A stretch of 64,000 nt of DNA from the human T2T-CHM13v2.0 reference genome, Homo sapiens: NCBI RefSeq assembly GCF_009914755.1, contig NC_060936.1. One strand, written 5' to 3'. The notes under the pieces are model-generated. The model ran no database searches. It was not told the origin of the DNA and was given only the letters and a program-made list of their open reading frames with translations. A program made the position numbers and the translations under genes. Numbering within the stretch: the first letter of the stretch is position 1; each line of letters begins with the position of its first letter. Shown in pieces: positions 51,926 through 64,000 of the stretch.

Positions 51926-53668
51926 CGAAGAGAAAATCCCCAATGCAGAAACTGTATCCACCACCTGTGCTCCTTGTGCCCCAAGGCACTGCTCCGGGTG
52001 TCTGGCCCTTACCAACCAGGCACTCCCTTCAGCTGGTAGCAGACTCTTGCGCCCTGCTAGAAACTAAGCTCCTTGAGGACAAGAACCATGGCTTTGTCTT
52101 CTCAGCCTTGGGCTCAATACTCTGTAGGCACTAGATCCTACAAATGTCTTTACTTTATGTGGCCAAGAGCAAAATCACAGAAGTGAGGATGAGCATCAGA
52201 TGGAGGGGGGCAAGGGTTGCCAAGGACCAAGGGTGGGGCTTTGAGTGCTACCCTGGTTTTACTTTGGAATCCTCTGACCTGCCTTCTGAAATGCAGCAGC
52301 AACTCCAGCATGCAGCAGCACCTCACTTCCGATGCTTTTTTCCAAACCTCCAAGAACAAAAATTAGAAAAGAAAGATCCCTAATGTATTCTACTGGCATT
52401 TGGGAGTAGGAGGCTAGGTGGTTCAGTTGCCAACCCCAAAATGAGCCTTGCCTGACTTTCCCTGATCTGTCAGCATCCCTCCTCATCCATAATACCTGCT
52501 AAGCATCACGTGCTGTCAAAGTTGTGTTCCTTTACAAATCTGAGTTTGTCCTTCAGAAATCGTTTCCTCTTAAGTACTGTGCCTGAGGTTCAGCTGCTGT
52601 GTGTCTGAATGGACCAGCTAACTTGCTTCTCCCCAGGAATGGAGCTCAGCATGGAGCTTCATAAACGGGGGGGAGCTCGTGCAGATGTAAGAGCCTGCAC
52701 CGTTTTCCATTAGGAAGTTCGAATGGCACAAAGCTATAGTAAATATGGGTTTCTGTAAACACAAATGATTAAAATAAGCATAAAATTACCTGTTATCAAA
52801 TTATCATGAAGAAGAAAGTGTTGGGTCATTTCGAGCAAAACTGAAAAGAATACAAACACCTAGGCAGGAATTTAAGATCCTTCTCAATTAAATTTCACTT
52901 GAAATACCATGATTTAGGCCAATTCTGGTTTTACTTATTCGACTTTAAGTAGAAGACTTTTCTTTTACATACCAAGGGTTGGGTGTCACAAGAACTCCAA
53001 CTCTTGTCCTGTAGACAGTTTTTCATCTTAGGCCTCTCTTCTGCTGAAAAAATATTAATTGTCTTGCTGGTCAGCTCTAATTACCCTAGGGAAAGAATCT
53101 GATTGATGTCTGTATGGTACTGGCCCTCCAAAAAAGCCTTGGGTCCCTAAATGCTTGAATGCTTTTTGCTTGATAAAGAATTGCTTTCTGTGCCAGGCAT
53201 TTTTTTTTTCTTTGCAGTACCTGGCTTTGTTTGAACCAGAAGAGGGAGAACATGCAGAGGCACAGCTGTGTCCATGAGACGAGCATCCCATAACTATCTT
53301 TCTCCAGCCAGACTAGTATCCCCTTCACCTTCATCTTATACAGAGTCCCCTTCCTTCTGACCGGTGTGGAAGTTCAATCATCATCAAGAAATAAGGGCTT
53401 CTAGTGCCAGGCAAAGCTTTTCTTTCCAGGGTTTTCAGCACATAGGGAGAAGGGACAGACATTTAAAATCAGTCATCAAGGTACTGGAGGCAGAGGTTCT
53501 GCTGGGATCCATGGAAAGGTCATTCCCTGGAGCGTGAGTACTCAGGAAAGTTGGAAGGAGGATGCTATCTGGATTGGGGGTCCTTGTGTGCTCTGCAGAG
53601 AGGGAGATGAAGCGCAGCTCAAACAGAGAGAGAGAGAGCATGAGGAAGGACGGAGCACACAGTGAGCT

Positions 53669-54106
53669 TGTCAGCTCACTAGGGCTGCCATAACCAGTGA
53701 CCACACACTGGGCAGCTTAAACAGCAGAAATGCATCCTTTTACAGTTCTAGAGGCTGGAAGTCCAAAATCAAGGGGTCTGCAGGGCCAAGCGCCTTCTGA
53801 AAGGCTCTTGGGAAGAATCCTCACTTGCCTCTCCTAACTTCTTGTGGTTGCCGGCAGTCCTTGGCTTGTAGATGCATCCCTCCAATCTCTGCCTCTGTCT
53901 TCACATGGCCTTCTTCCCTAAGTGTGTTTTTGTGTCTCTGTGCCTGTCTTGATGAGGATAACAGTCATTACATTTAGGGCCCATCCTAGCGCAGAATAAC
54001 TTCTTCATAACCAATTACATCTGCAAAGGCCATATTTCCAAATAAGGTCACATTGCAAAGTTCTAGGTAGGCATGAGTTTGCGGGGGAAACTGTTCAACC
54101 CACTGT
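53669..54106. mobile_element. MLT1-type (ERVL-MaLR) solo LTR
   Basis: AGGGCTGCCATAAC..CCACACACTGGGCAGCTTAAACAGCAGAAAT..TTCTAGAGGCTGGAAGTCCAAAATCAAGG..ATTTCCAAATAAGGTCACATT..TTCAACCCACT. Confidence 0.85.
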
Positions 54107-54249
54107 AGTGAAGTGCTCAGAAAATAGTTTCGTGTGAGTGGACAGTTTGTTAGGGAATAATAGGTGGTAAGGATCTGACTGAGAAAGATGTTGAGCATTA
54201 ATTTACAGGCTTCGAGTCTGTCCCATAGGTAGAGGTTGTAATAAAAGCA

Positions 54250-54450
54250 GCAAACACTTACTTACAGAGCGGCTGCTATGTGCCAGGCACCGTTCTGAGG
54301 TATAGAGGTACTGTTATTATTATTCCACCTTAGATGGAGAAACTGAGGCACAGAGAGACTCAATAAAATGCCCACGGCTAGAAAGAAACAGAGCCAGGAT
54401 TCTGGTCCAGGCGATTGGCTGGAGAGTCTGCTCTTCACTCCCATGTTGTT
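54250..54450. mobile_element. MIR SINE (representative; similar relics near 21320, 27620, 28950, 32750, 43200, 45650, 57200, 62900)
   Basis: Core motif AGATGGAGAAACTGAGGCACAGAGAG plus TATGTGCCAGGCAC. Confidence 0.75.
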
Positions 54451-54888
54451 ACTTTCCCCTCTGAGCATCTTCAACACATTTGAGCAGCCCAGGATGGGCA
54501 GTGCTTCCCGTCATGAGCGTTGTGCTGGCAAGCACAGGAATAAGCTGTCTGACTTTGGTCCACATTAAATGTGGCCACTGGCTGGGAGAACGAAGGCGCT
54601 TCTTTAATTGGTGTCAGTGTCTAAACCTTTGCATGAAGGGCCTGCTGTGGTCAGTAGTATTGCCCTGTTATCTCGACAGCACATGAATTTTTTTTTTTTT
54701 TTTTTTTAGTTGCAGAAATTGGGAAAGTGTTGGTTTCTAATTCCTGGAACTTCCAAGAGTGAGGTTATTTGCAAGGGATTCCACAAGCCAACTCAGCCAT
54801 ACCCTTTCCCCAACCTGCGGCCTAGATAGATGAGTAACACCTGGCAGTGCCCTGTCCTACCTGGTCACCTTTTTTCATACCTTACAAC

Positions 54889-54982
54889 TAGGATGACCAA
54901 CGACCCCAGTTTGCCCAGAACTAGGGGGTTTCCTGGGATGTGGGAATTTTAGTTTTAAAACCAGAACAAGTTGGTCGCCCTA
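54889..54982. mobile_element. MER81-like hAT MITE with an 8-bp target-site duplication
   Basis: Terminal inverted repeats TAGGATGACCAAC...GTTGGTCGCCCTA. The flanks CTTACAAC (54881-54888) and CTTACAAT (54983-54990) form an 8-bp TSD typical of hAT elements. Confidence 0.8.
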
Positions 54983-55173
54983 CTTACAATCCCCCTTATT
55001 GTGCACTGCCAGATACGACTTCTCCAGCAGAGATGAGCTGCAGCAGCACCCACAGGGAGACAGCAGAATGTCTGTCTTGGTTGGTACCCTACATTTTCAG
55101 AGCCATAATCATGTCTGCCAGTAGGAAGGTCTCTGAAAGTGGTAAAATAAGTGGGAGTGCTGGAGTTATTTAG

Positions 55174-55368
<195 letters not shown>

Positions 55369-55529
55369 TAGTACCAGCCTGGCAGTTGCCTGTATTTTAC
55401 CTGAACCTCTGGATGGAGACTGAGACTCTCCCAGCTCCTTGCAAATTGTATAAACAGGCACTCATTTAGGGAAGAGTCCTGGATTTTGAATCAGAAGACT
55501 TGTGTTTATTTTTCTCTCCACTTTTTGAA

Positions 55530-56760
55530 ATGTTTAAACTCTATTTCTATTCTTTGGGTGATTACCCTTGATAATTTACTAATTCTATTTAACTTAACAA
55601 AATGTGATGTTAAACAATATCAAGAACCTCCTCCTGTATAATAGAGTGACCTTAGACTATTTTAACTCACTCATCTGCTCCTTACTTACATGGAATTGTC
55701 GTTAGTATTTTAGTCCAACTTTTATTTTTAATCCAACAAGTTAGTGAGTCTTACTGTTATATAGATACTGTGTGTTTGGATATATGTACACCTTACCATT
55801 TTATTTGTTCACCATTTTTTTACTCATTTCAGTCCATCCTTTAGCTAGCATTTTCTTTCTTCCTAAAGTACATTCTTTAGAGGCTCCTTTAGTTCCGTAA
55901 TGGCAAATTCAGTGGGCCTCTACTTACCTATAACTGTTTCACTTCTTGCTCTTGAAAGATAGTTTTGCTGTGTACACGATTTTAGACAGACAATTTTTGT
56001 CCTGCAGCACAAGAAAGGTGTTATTCCACTGTAAAGTCAGCTGTCATTCCAACTATGGTTTCTTTGTGAGTAACCTAACGTTTATTTGTAGCTGCTTTTA
56101 ACATATTCTGTTGCCTTTGTGGTTGTACAGATTTACTACCATGTGTCAAGGTGTGGATTTCTTTCCATTTGTCTTGCTTAGAATACATTCTGCTTCCTAA
56201 GCCTATGGATTTAGATTTTTATTCAGTTATTGAAAAAGTACAGCCATAATGTTTAAATATTGCTTCTTTTTAATTCTATATTTCTTCCTTCTGACACTCC
56301 AATTGGACATCTGTTAGACATTTTCATTCTGTCCTCCCTGTTTCTTAGAGGGTCTTACATATCTTTCATCTCCTTGTCTTTCTGTATTCTGGGAAATTTC
56401 TTCAACTGTATCTTCCAGTTTCTTAATTCTATTTTCAACTTAATCTATATTACTGTTTAAACCAATTTTTTATCTTGACCATTATATGTTTTTGTTTCAG
56501 TCAGTTCCATTTGTTGCTTGATTTTCCAGATCCATCTCTAAATCTAGTAGTTTCTATCAATTCCTCATCTTTGTGATTTAGTCCTTTATTTCATTAAATA
56601 TTTCAAATATAGTTGTTTTATAGTCTATATCTAATATTTCCAATACCTCCAGTCTTTGGAATCTAAATCACTTATCCAGTGTTTCTTCAGATTTCCCATC
56701 TTAGGGGCTTGTCCTTTTGTGCATCTGATGATCTTTGATTGTGACCCCAACACTTCCTCT
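55530..56760 (-). mobile_element. Old L1 (L1ME-like) fragment, antisense
   Basis: T-rich sequence with CTTGAAAGATAGTTTTGCTG, GGTGTGGATTTCTTT and TTCTGGGAAATTTCTTC, typical of antisense ancient L1 body. Confidence 0.65.
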
Positions 56761-57647
56761 TCATTTGTGAGAGTCCTGAAGACCTAAAGTAGGTCTGGGG
56801 AGACTTTCTTCCAGATGCCCCTTGGAGGTGTTGGCTTGGCCTAAAATTCCCAGGCTTTCCTGCCCCACCTCAAGACTGGCTTAACCTGCAATTTCTTGAC
56901 AGCACTGCTGTTATTGGCTTCCATCTTCAAGCAATTCTGCCCTCCTGGCTGGCTCTCTCTCCATACGTAGCCTCAGCTCAGTGGAGGTTGGTGGGAGGGG
57001 TTGTTGGTTTGAAGCAGATGATTCTTACAGCCATCTCCTAACTCTTATAAACCAGAATTGTCTCAGAGAGTTTGGCCCTTCGAGGGTTTGGTGCTTCTGC
57101 AGCAGGAGGGCTTCTCAGAGCATTTAGTCAACCATAATGCCAGGAGCAGAAGTCTGAAGGCCTGGGTTGAAGCCCTGACTCTCCCACACTAAGGCTGTGT
57201 TTCTGGGCAAGCCTCTCCTACTTGGGTTTCAGTGTTCTTACCTGTGAAATGAAGATGATGACACCCATCCCTTCCTTCCTACATTGCTGTCAAGATGAGA
57301 TGGTGTACAAGACACTTTGGCATTTAGGAACCTAGCATTTTTGGTGCTATCACTGAGTGCCTAGAAGCTCAGTTGGGTAATTGTGCTGGGGCATGGAAGT
57401 GAATTGCACATTTAAAGCTATTACACAGGAGCAGATCACCTACAGAGAGCCGGTTTGGCTGGCCTCTCAGCATACCCAGCTCCGGGTAGTCCTATTGTGC
57501 CTTATGCATAAGCATAGAGTTGATCTCATAAAGTGATTTCTTTTCAATGATAGGGAAAATAAGTCCCCAAACAAAAGCCAGTTATGAATGTCAGAGCAGG
57601 ATTTGGGAATTCAGAGATTCTCAAAGGTCTCAGATGTAACCTTCTAA

Positions 57648-58085
<438 letters not shown>

Positions 58086-59212
58086 TAGGTGTCATAATTA
58101 GATCCACAACTAACATTTCATTAAGAGAGTAGGGCTTTGATAGAAAACCACCCTAGGACCACAAGCAAATAAAAGAGCATGTACCCAAATGCTCAGGCTG
58201 GTTTGATAATTGGCAAAGATCAGGACTTTCATTGCCTGTGGATGTTCCCCAGGAAGCTCTAGTTCCCTGCAAACTTAGTAAAATGTGGCCACTGACTACA
58301 TGCCCTCCCTTGCTCCCAGCATGCTCTGACCAGAAGGGGAGCATTGGCAAATAGGTGCCAATGATATGGCTGACCTTACCTAAAAGAGAGTCTTGGTACC
58401 TTTGGTAGAGTAGAACCAAATGTGAGGACCCACCCAAGGCTCTGGTGAACAATATTAAAGGCCAGTTTAAGAATTGCTCTATCTCAAAACCTCAAAACTT
58501 TGTCAAGTCCCAACCAAGTGGGCATGAAGACAGCCCGCTGATCTAAAGCCATACCCATGCCAAACCACTCTGCGCTCCTGGGGCCTGCTTGGTCCAGGGC
58601 TGTCTTACCGAGGTTAGCAGGTGTTGGCCCCATCCCTGATCCATCACCTGAAATATAATAAGTATGCAGTCCTGGAGCCGGTCCTCAGCCTGTGCAGACC
58701 TCACCTGAAGGATGCACCTCCCTTGCCCCAGAGGACATAACCCAGGAATAGATGTCCACCATCACAGGAAGCTGGCCAGCTCAGTCCCACCAACGTGAGC
58801 GAAGCATTTTGAATCTCCCTGCAAAAAGACAAACCCCATTCTCTGTCCTTTTGACAAGTATCTCAGTGGTCTGATTTGGGTTTGTAAGTAAATTGGATTA
58901 ATGGGAAAAGCATCCAACCAGATGCTGCTCAGATCCAGTACCAGCTGAGGCATGCCCTGGAAGCTCACCTCACTTATCTGGGGGCTTCAAGGGAAGCCGC
59001 TGTGCTGCCTGAGGCTAGCCCCGCCTCAGGATGTCTGTGTGTGTGCCGCTTGCCCCCCATGTCCATCTGTGTCCCTGTGCAAAGGCTTAAGTGCCAGGCA
59101 TCTCATTTTGAAGTGTGGCCCCTTTTCTGGTGAACATCCACTGACCTCTCTTCCCGTCCTGCTTTTCTCCCTTCCCCATCCCATCCCCACCCTGTTCCTT
59201 TTTGTTTTGCAG

Positions 59213-59272
59213 ATTCTGTTTTATTTTGATATTGTTTTTACCACCATTTTCACCATTGAAATTGCTCTGAAG
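59213..59272 (+). CDS. CACNA1C: CACNA1C mutually exclusive exon 21 (60 nt; IIIS2 ILFYFDIVFTTIFTIEIALK)
   Basis: ttttgcag|ATTCTG ... CTGAAG|gtaaag; phase 0-0; homologous to the next exon. Confidence 0.96.
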
Positions 59273-59419
59273 GTAAAGCCCCCATCCCCTTCTGCTCCTC
59301 CTGTCCCCCTTGTGCCAGCACCAGGTCTCTGCCGCTGTCTGTCGCTAACACACATGCTCCTTCCTGTTGGTGTGGGGTTCACTCTCAGAGCCACTAATCC
59401 AATTATGCTTATTTTTCAG

Positions 59420-59479
59420 ATCCTAGGCAATGCAGACTATGTCTTCACTAGTATCTTTACATTAGAAATTATCCTTAAG
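59420..59479 (+). CDS. CACNA1C: CACNA1C mutually exclusive exon 22 (60 nt; IIIS2 ILGNADYVFTSIFTLEIILK)
   Basis: tttttcag|ATCCTA ... CTTAAG|gtaatg; a CACTAAT branch point lies at 59392-59398; same length and phase as exon 21. Confidence 0.96.
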
Positions 59480-62400
59480 GTAATGCAACCTGGGCAATGC
59501 ATCCTCTGTCGCTTTCTTTGTCTATCTCTGCTCTGTCTGGCTGGATCTTTTGTCTTTTCTGTTTCTTTCACTCTCTCTTTTCTTTACTCCCAAGCCTGAA
59601 ATTGGAAAAATGAGTGCCCCTCACTTTGTGTGATGCACTTTGCCCAGACTTAGAAGCCAGGAGCAGCCTACCCCACCACAGCTCCTCCCTCCAGCCACCC
59701 CTAAGCAGTCCGTGGCCTGGAAGGGACACGTGTTGGCTGTGCCAACATTAAGGCTGCCATTTCACTGGTTGGGGCTGCAGCCGTCAGCAGCGCCAGACAT
59801 ACATGCCCACATGCACCAGCTCCGGTTAACTGATACCTGAGCCCACGTAGGACTCTCCTTCCCTCCTCCTGCTTCATACACTCTGAAAGTGGGAAACCTC
59901 CTGGGGCGTGAAAGAATCACTTGAGCTACTCTCTTTGGATGCCCATCCTTAGCACCTTCCTCAGTACTTGCAGCAGATATTGGGTCTAAGCTGGAGTTGG
60001 GGCTGTGTCACAGTGATCACAGGCCTACTGTGAGATGTGGAGCTGGTCTCCCAGCTGAGGGCTTTTAGCAGGGCCATTACAGACTACTGCCGACCCTCAG
60101 TCACCTGCTGCAAAGCTTTGTCACAGTGCCCCTTGCCCTGAGCGTGGGGGAGGGAGAATTGTGCTGGAGAGCTGAGTACAGCAGGATGAGAGCAGGTGCC
60201 GCAAGGAACCTGAGCACCCAGCCCCCAGCCCCCAGCCCTTGCCTGCTGCTGGCCCAGCTCAGTTCTGCTAAGGGAACTGCTGCAACATTGCTACCCTCAG
60301 AACAGGCAGAGCCCACCTCAGGGCAACACTGGGATGAGAGAGAGAGTATTCCTCCATTTTTCGGGTATATTTCTGAGTCTCTAAACCAATGCGTGGCAAG
60401 CCAGTTCATCTGAGAGTCAGGGTGTGAGTTCCATGACCTCAGGGAACGTGTGCTCCTCTCTGAGCAAGGGGGTAGATTCTACCCTTTCCCCAAACAGAAG
60501 GACTAAGGCTCTGAAGCCCATGCTTCAGCTTTAGCTTCTTCCTGGGAGACTAGCCTGGGACTCCCCCTCCCAAGGAGTCCAGGCTCCCTTGTCATCCTAT
60601 CGCTGTGGCCAATGCAAGCTGAAGTCCACACCTAACCAATGCCACTGCCAGCTGCAGGCCTCTCCTTCCCTGATGAGACTCCCTCATCATGGCCCAGCCT
60701 GTTGATGGACAGGACAGTTCAGTCACATCCAGATACAAATTGAATGGGGCAGTTTTTATGTGCCTTCCCCTGTGTCCTTGTCCCCAGGACACTCAGGTGC
60801 CCCCAGCTGCCATCCCTGGTTCCTGCTAACCAAGTATGTGGCTCAGATTTTTCTTTTCTGCTCGTGGAGAGTAGATCTGACCAGGCCTTGGTTCCTGGAG
60901 GTCGGGAGAGGGAACCGAAAGTTGCGTGGCTGCACTAAGATGCACCGCGGCAAAACCTGCTTTCCATGGTGAGCTGCTTTGCTTCCCGGACTTCAGATGC
61001 AGGGAGGCACACAGACCCCAGAGTTCTTTCCCAGGACAAGAGACGCTCTGAGGCCCAATTCTCAGTGCCCTTCTACAGAGCTGCCCTTGTGGATTTCAAT
61101 GGTGCTATTTCTCCTTCGGGATTGCCATACAAGCTGAAGTGAAAGGTCTCTTTGCAAGCATTGTCATGGCAAGGTCCTTCCATCCCCTCCCTCTTCTACT
61201 TTCTTCTATGCTCAGCATGCTTCTGAATAGAAACCCCAATGCCGGAACACTCCCCTGTACCTCCTTCCCACTGGGTCCCTCTTCCCGGCCTAAGGCCCGG
61301 TGTCATGTCATGGCACAGATGACCGTGGCTGTCCAAGGGGGACATTTAGCACAAGGAACAGTGGAAGGGCCTGGAAATGTTTGGCCTTAAAAAGGAAAGG
61401 CTTGTAGGCTCACAACAGTTGGCCTGAGTCATACAAAGGACCGTCACATAGAAGAGGAAGAAGGCAGAATCAAGACCAATGAGTAGAAATCACAAAAAAA
61501 GACAGGTTTCATAGCTAGAAGAGCTGCCTGGAGAGGCAGGGATGGCCCGTGGTTGAACAGAGAGCTTTCCTACCCTTCCAGGCAGAGCTAGCGAGCCACG
61601 TCCCATTCCTTTCCTTCCTCAGGATGGAAACACCCCAGCAAGGGCCCCTTCCCAAGTAATGGTGTAGAATTAGGAAAGCAGGACCGAGGTGGCTGGCAAT
61701 CAGAAAAAAAGGGTCAAAGAGGAACAATTAGCACTGGGTACCTGAGTCTGGCTTTTCCTGATGCCCTGAACACCACAGATGACTTTCAAGTAAATGCTAC
61801 GTTTTCCCCATGTCCATTTGCCCTTTCTTGTACAGCCACTCTTCCTCTGGCCCTGCCTGGATGCATGTTCCCACCGCCCCCACATGCACACACATGCACT
61901 TGCTCAAGTGTTGGTCTCATTTGAGGGTCCCTAAACAAAACAGGAGCCCAAAACCAGAGGACAGAGTTGGCACTCTGAGCCTTATTAGTCCACCCATCTG
62001 AGGAATGCAGAGTGTTCTGTTAGAGCTCAGTAGTAGCCTCAGAAGATCCAAGCCAGGAGCAAGAAGGGATCAGACCCAGTGCCTTCCTAACACTAAAAGC
62101 AAGGTGGCTGGGGAAGTACTGGGCTTTCTGCAGGCACAATTAATATGAATTATGGGAGCCTCCTGAGTCCAGTCTGTGGGGGTCCCAGCTCTTCACCAAG
62201 AGGCAGGGAGGCAAGGCTTCCAGATGGTGGGCCTTCTAGAACTATACTCCCTTGCATCTTTTATGTAATCTACCCACTTCTAAAAACCATTGCCCAACAC
62301 AGGTGCCTGAGTCCTTTGGGACCCCCTGCTGCAAGAGATAAATGGAAAGAATTAGGTTGCAAGAGCTATTTTTGCCCATTTCCCTCTGTGTTTGCTTTTG

Positions 62401-63776
62401 AATGGCTCTGCGGACACTCTGCCCTGGGCATGCTCTGATTCCAAAGAGATGAACTGGACCCCAGATGACCGGGGAGCCTTGCTCCACCTCTCCACTGTCG
62501 GCTCCACATTTTCCCTTTGGCCGATGCTTCCTGTCCGCTGCCTGTCACAGCCCTTATCCTGGATAACCACTGGCCCTTACGCAAGTCGGCAAAATGAGAA
62601 AGGCTGTAAAGGTGATTTGTTGAGCACCTGCAGTGCGCAGCTTTACACCAGGCTCAGAGGGTGGTAATAATGGCCAAGTCCTGTAGCAGTCATCGTCATC
62701 TTGTGTGTTCTCTTTTTAAAAGTTTCCAAAGGGCTTTCACAAAGCCAGGGGATAGTTTCCTCACCTTTTGATGAGAAAACAGAACTTTTCTCATCCAGGA
62801 AGCATCCAGAATTCAAATCCAGGCTGTAGTGACAGCTCACCCTTTTATGGGGCTCACCGTGTGCAGGGTGGCATCCTAAGTATTTTACATAGAGGTACCC
62901 ACTTGATGCTTACAACCCTGTAGGGTAGACCTTATCCTCATTTTTCCAATGAGGAAACAGAGGCACTAAGAGAATTTGAGTTTCTTGCTCCAGGCCACAA
63001 AAATAAAATACCACAGGTCTGGGATTCCAGCCCAGGCCGTCTGGCCTCAGAGCCTGTGCTCTTAGCCACTGAGCCTCATAGCCCCTCTGATCACACAACT
63101 TTTGCCCTTAAAGAACTCCAGATGTAGTCTAGAAGCAGGACAGTAGAATTGAGTTTAGAATATTTGGCATCAATAATAAGCACCCTTTGAGGCCAGGAAG
63201 GGGAGGTATGCTAATTGCCAGGGTCACCACTGGAACTTCTCACCAGGCACCAGGGTGACCAGCTGGCCTAGTTTGCCTAAGACTGAGGAGTTTTCTGGGA
63301 TGCAGGATTTCTGATGATAAAGCAAATCTGGGCAAACCAGGATGGCTGGTCACCCTGCTGGGCATGCCCCGCCCCCCAACCCACCCACTCACGGCAGATG
63401 TCTGGTGCTCTCAGCTGGCCTAAGGACTCAAGCATTTGGAGAGGCAGTCGGGATGTGTGCTCCCAACCCGACAGCATCAGGAAAGGACCCTGCAGGCCCA
63501 AAGCCATGGACTTGGGATGTGGAACAGTGCGAAATTAGAGTGGGATGGTGGGGCCCACTTGAAAGGGCTTTGAATGGAGGACTAAAGAGCCTGGCTTGGC
63601 CTGGCAGGTGCAAGGAGCCACCCAGCAGTCCTGGGCTGCGAGAGTCTTGGGTGGTTGTGTGCATGGTAGCAGAACTCTTTTCTTGGCACCATAGCGCCGT
63701 CTTTGTCCTTCCTGTTCCCCATGGATGGTGCTTGGGACTTGCCCAAGGGATGCTGTGGGAGGAAGGGGTGGTGTGA

Positions 63777-63944
<168 letters not shown>

Positions 63945-64000
63945 TGAGTGGGAGCCCCTCAGCCCACGATGGGCCATGCAGCTAGCAAGGGGTGCCAGAG

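Overview
This is human (primate) genomic DNA inside the L-type calcium channel gene CACNA1C (Cav1.2 alpha-1C), on the + strand, running from intron 9 to the start of intron 23. Fifteen exons can be placed at base resolution from GT/AG boundaries and reading-frame continuity: alternative exon 9*, exons 10-20, the mutually exclusive pair 21/22, and exon 23. They encode the distal I-II linker, all of repeat II, the II-III loop and IIIS1-S3. Exon numbers and repeat-family names come from my recall, not from a database search. Intron 15 is a U12 (minor spliceosome) GT-AG intron that opens into a CpG island with a strong CTCF motif. The introns also hold a 41-bp VNTR, a 30-bp VNTR, a ~1 kb (CCT)n tract that grew out of an Alu tail, a near full-length Hsmar1 mariner, two young AluY insertions with intact target-site duplications (TSDs), and many old L1/L2/MIR/MLT/MER relics. 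I see no independent novel gene; nearly all ORFs in the track are noise or repeat-derived. The best candidates for undescribed biology are at the RNA-processing level and all remain hypotheses: (1) a textbook recursive-splice-site/RS-exon cassette at 5299-5460; (2) an AluYb8-bracketed exon 12-13 module of 387 nt that would circularise into a stop-free endless ORF of voltage sensor II; (3) a 30-mer array of 3'-splice-site-like units upstream of exon 9*; (4) exons 14 and 16, which regenerate the upstream donor after splicing; and (5) a stop-free, in-frame intron between exons 21 and 22.
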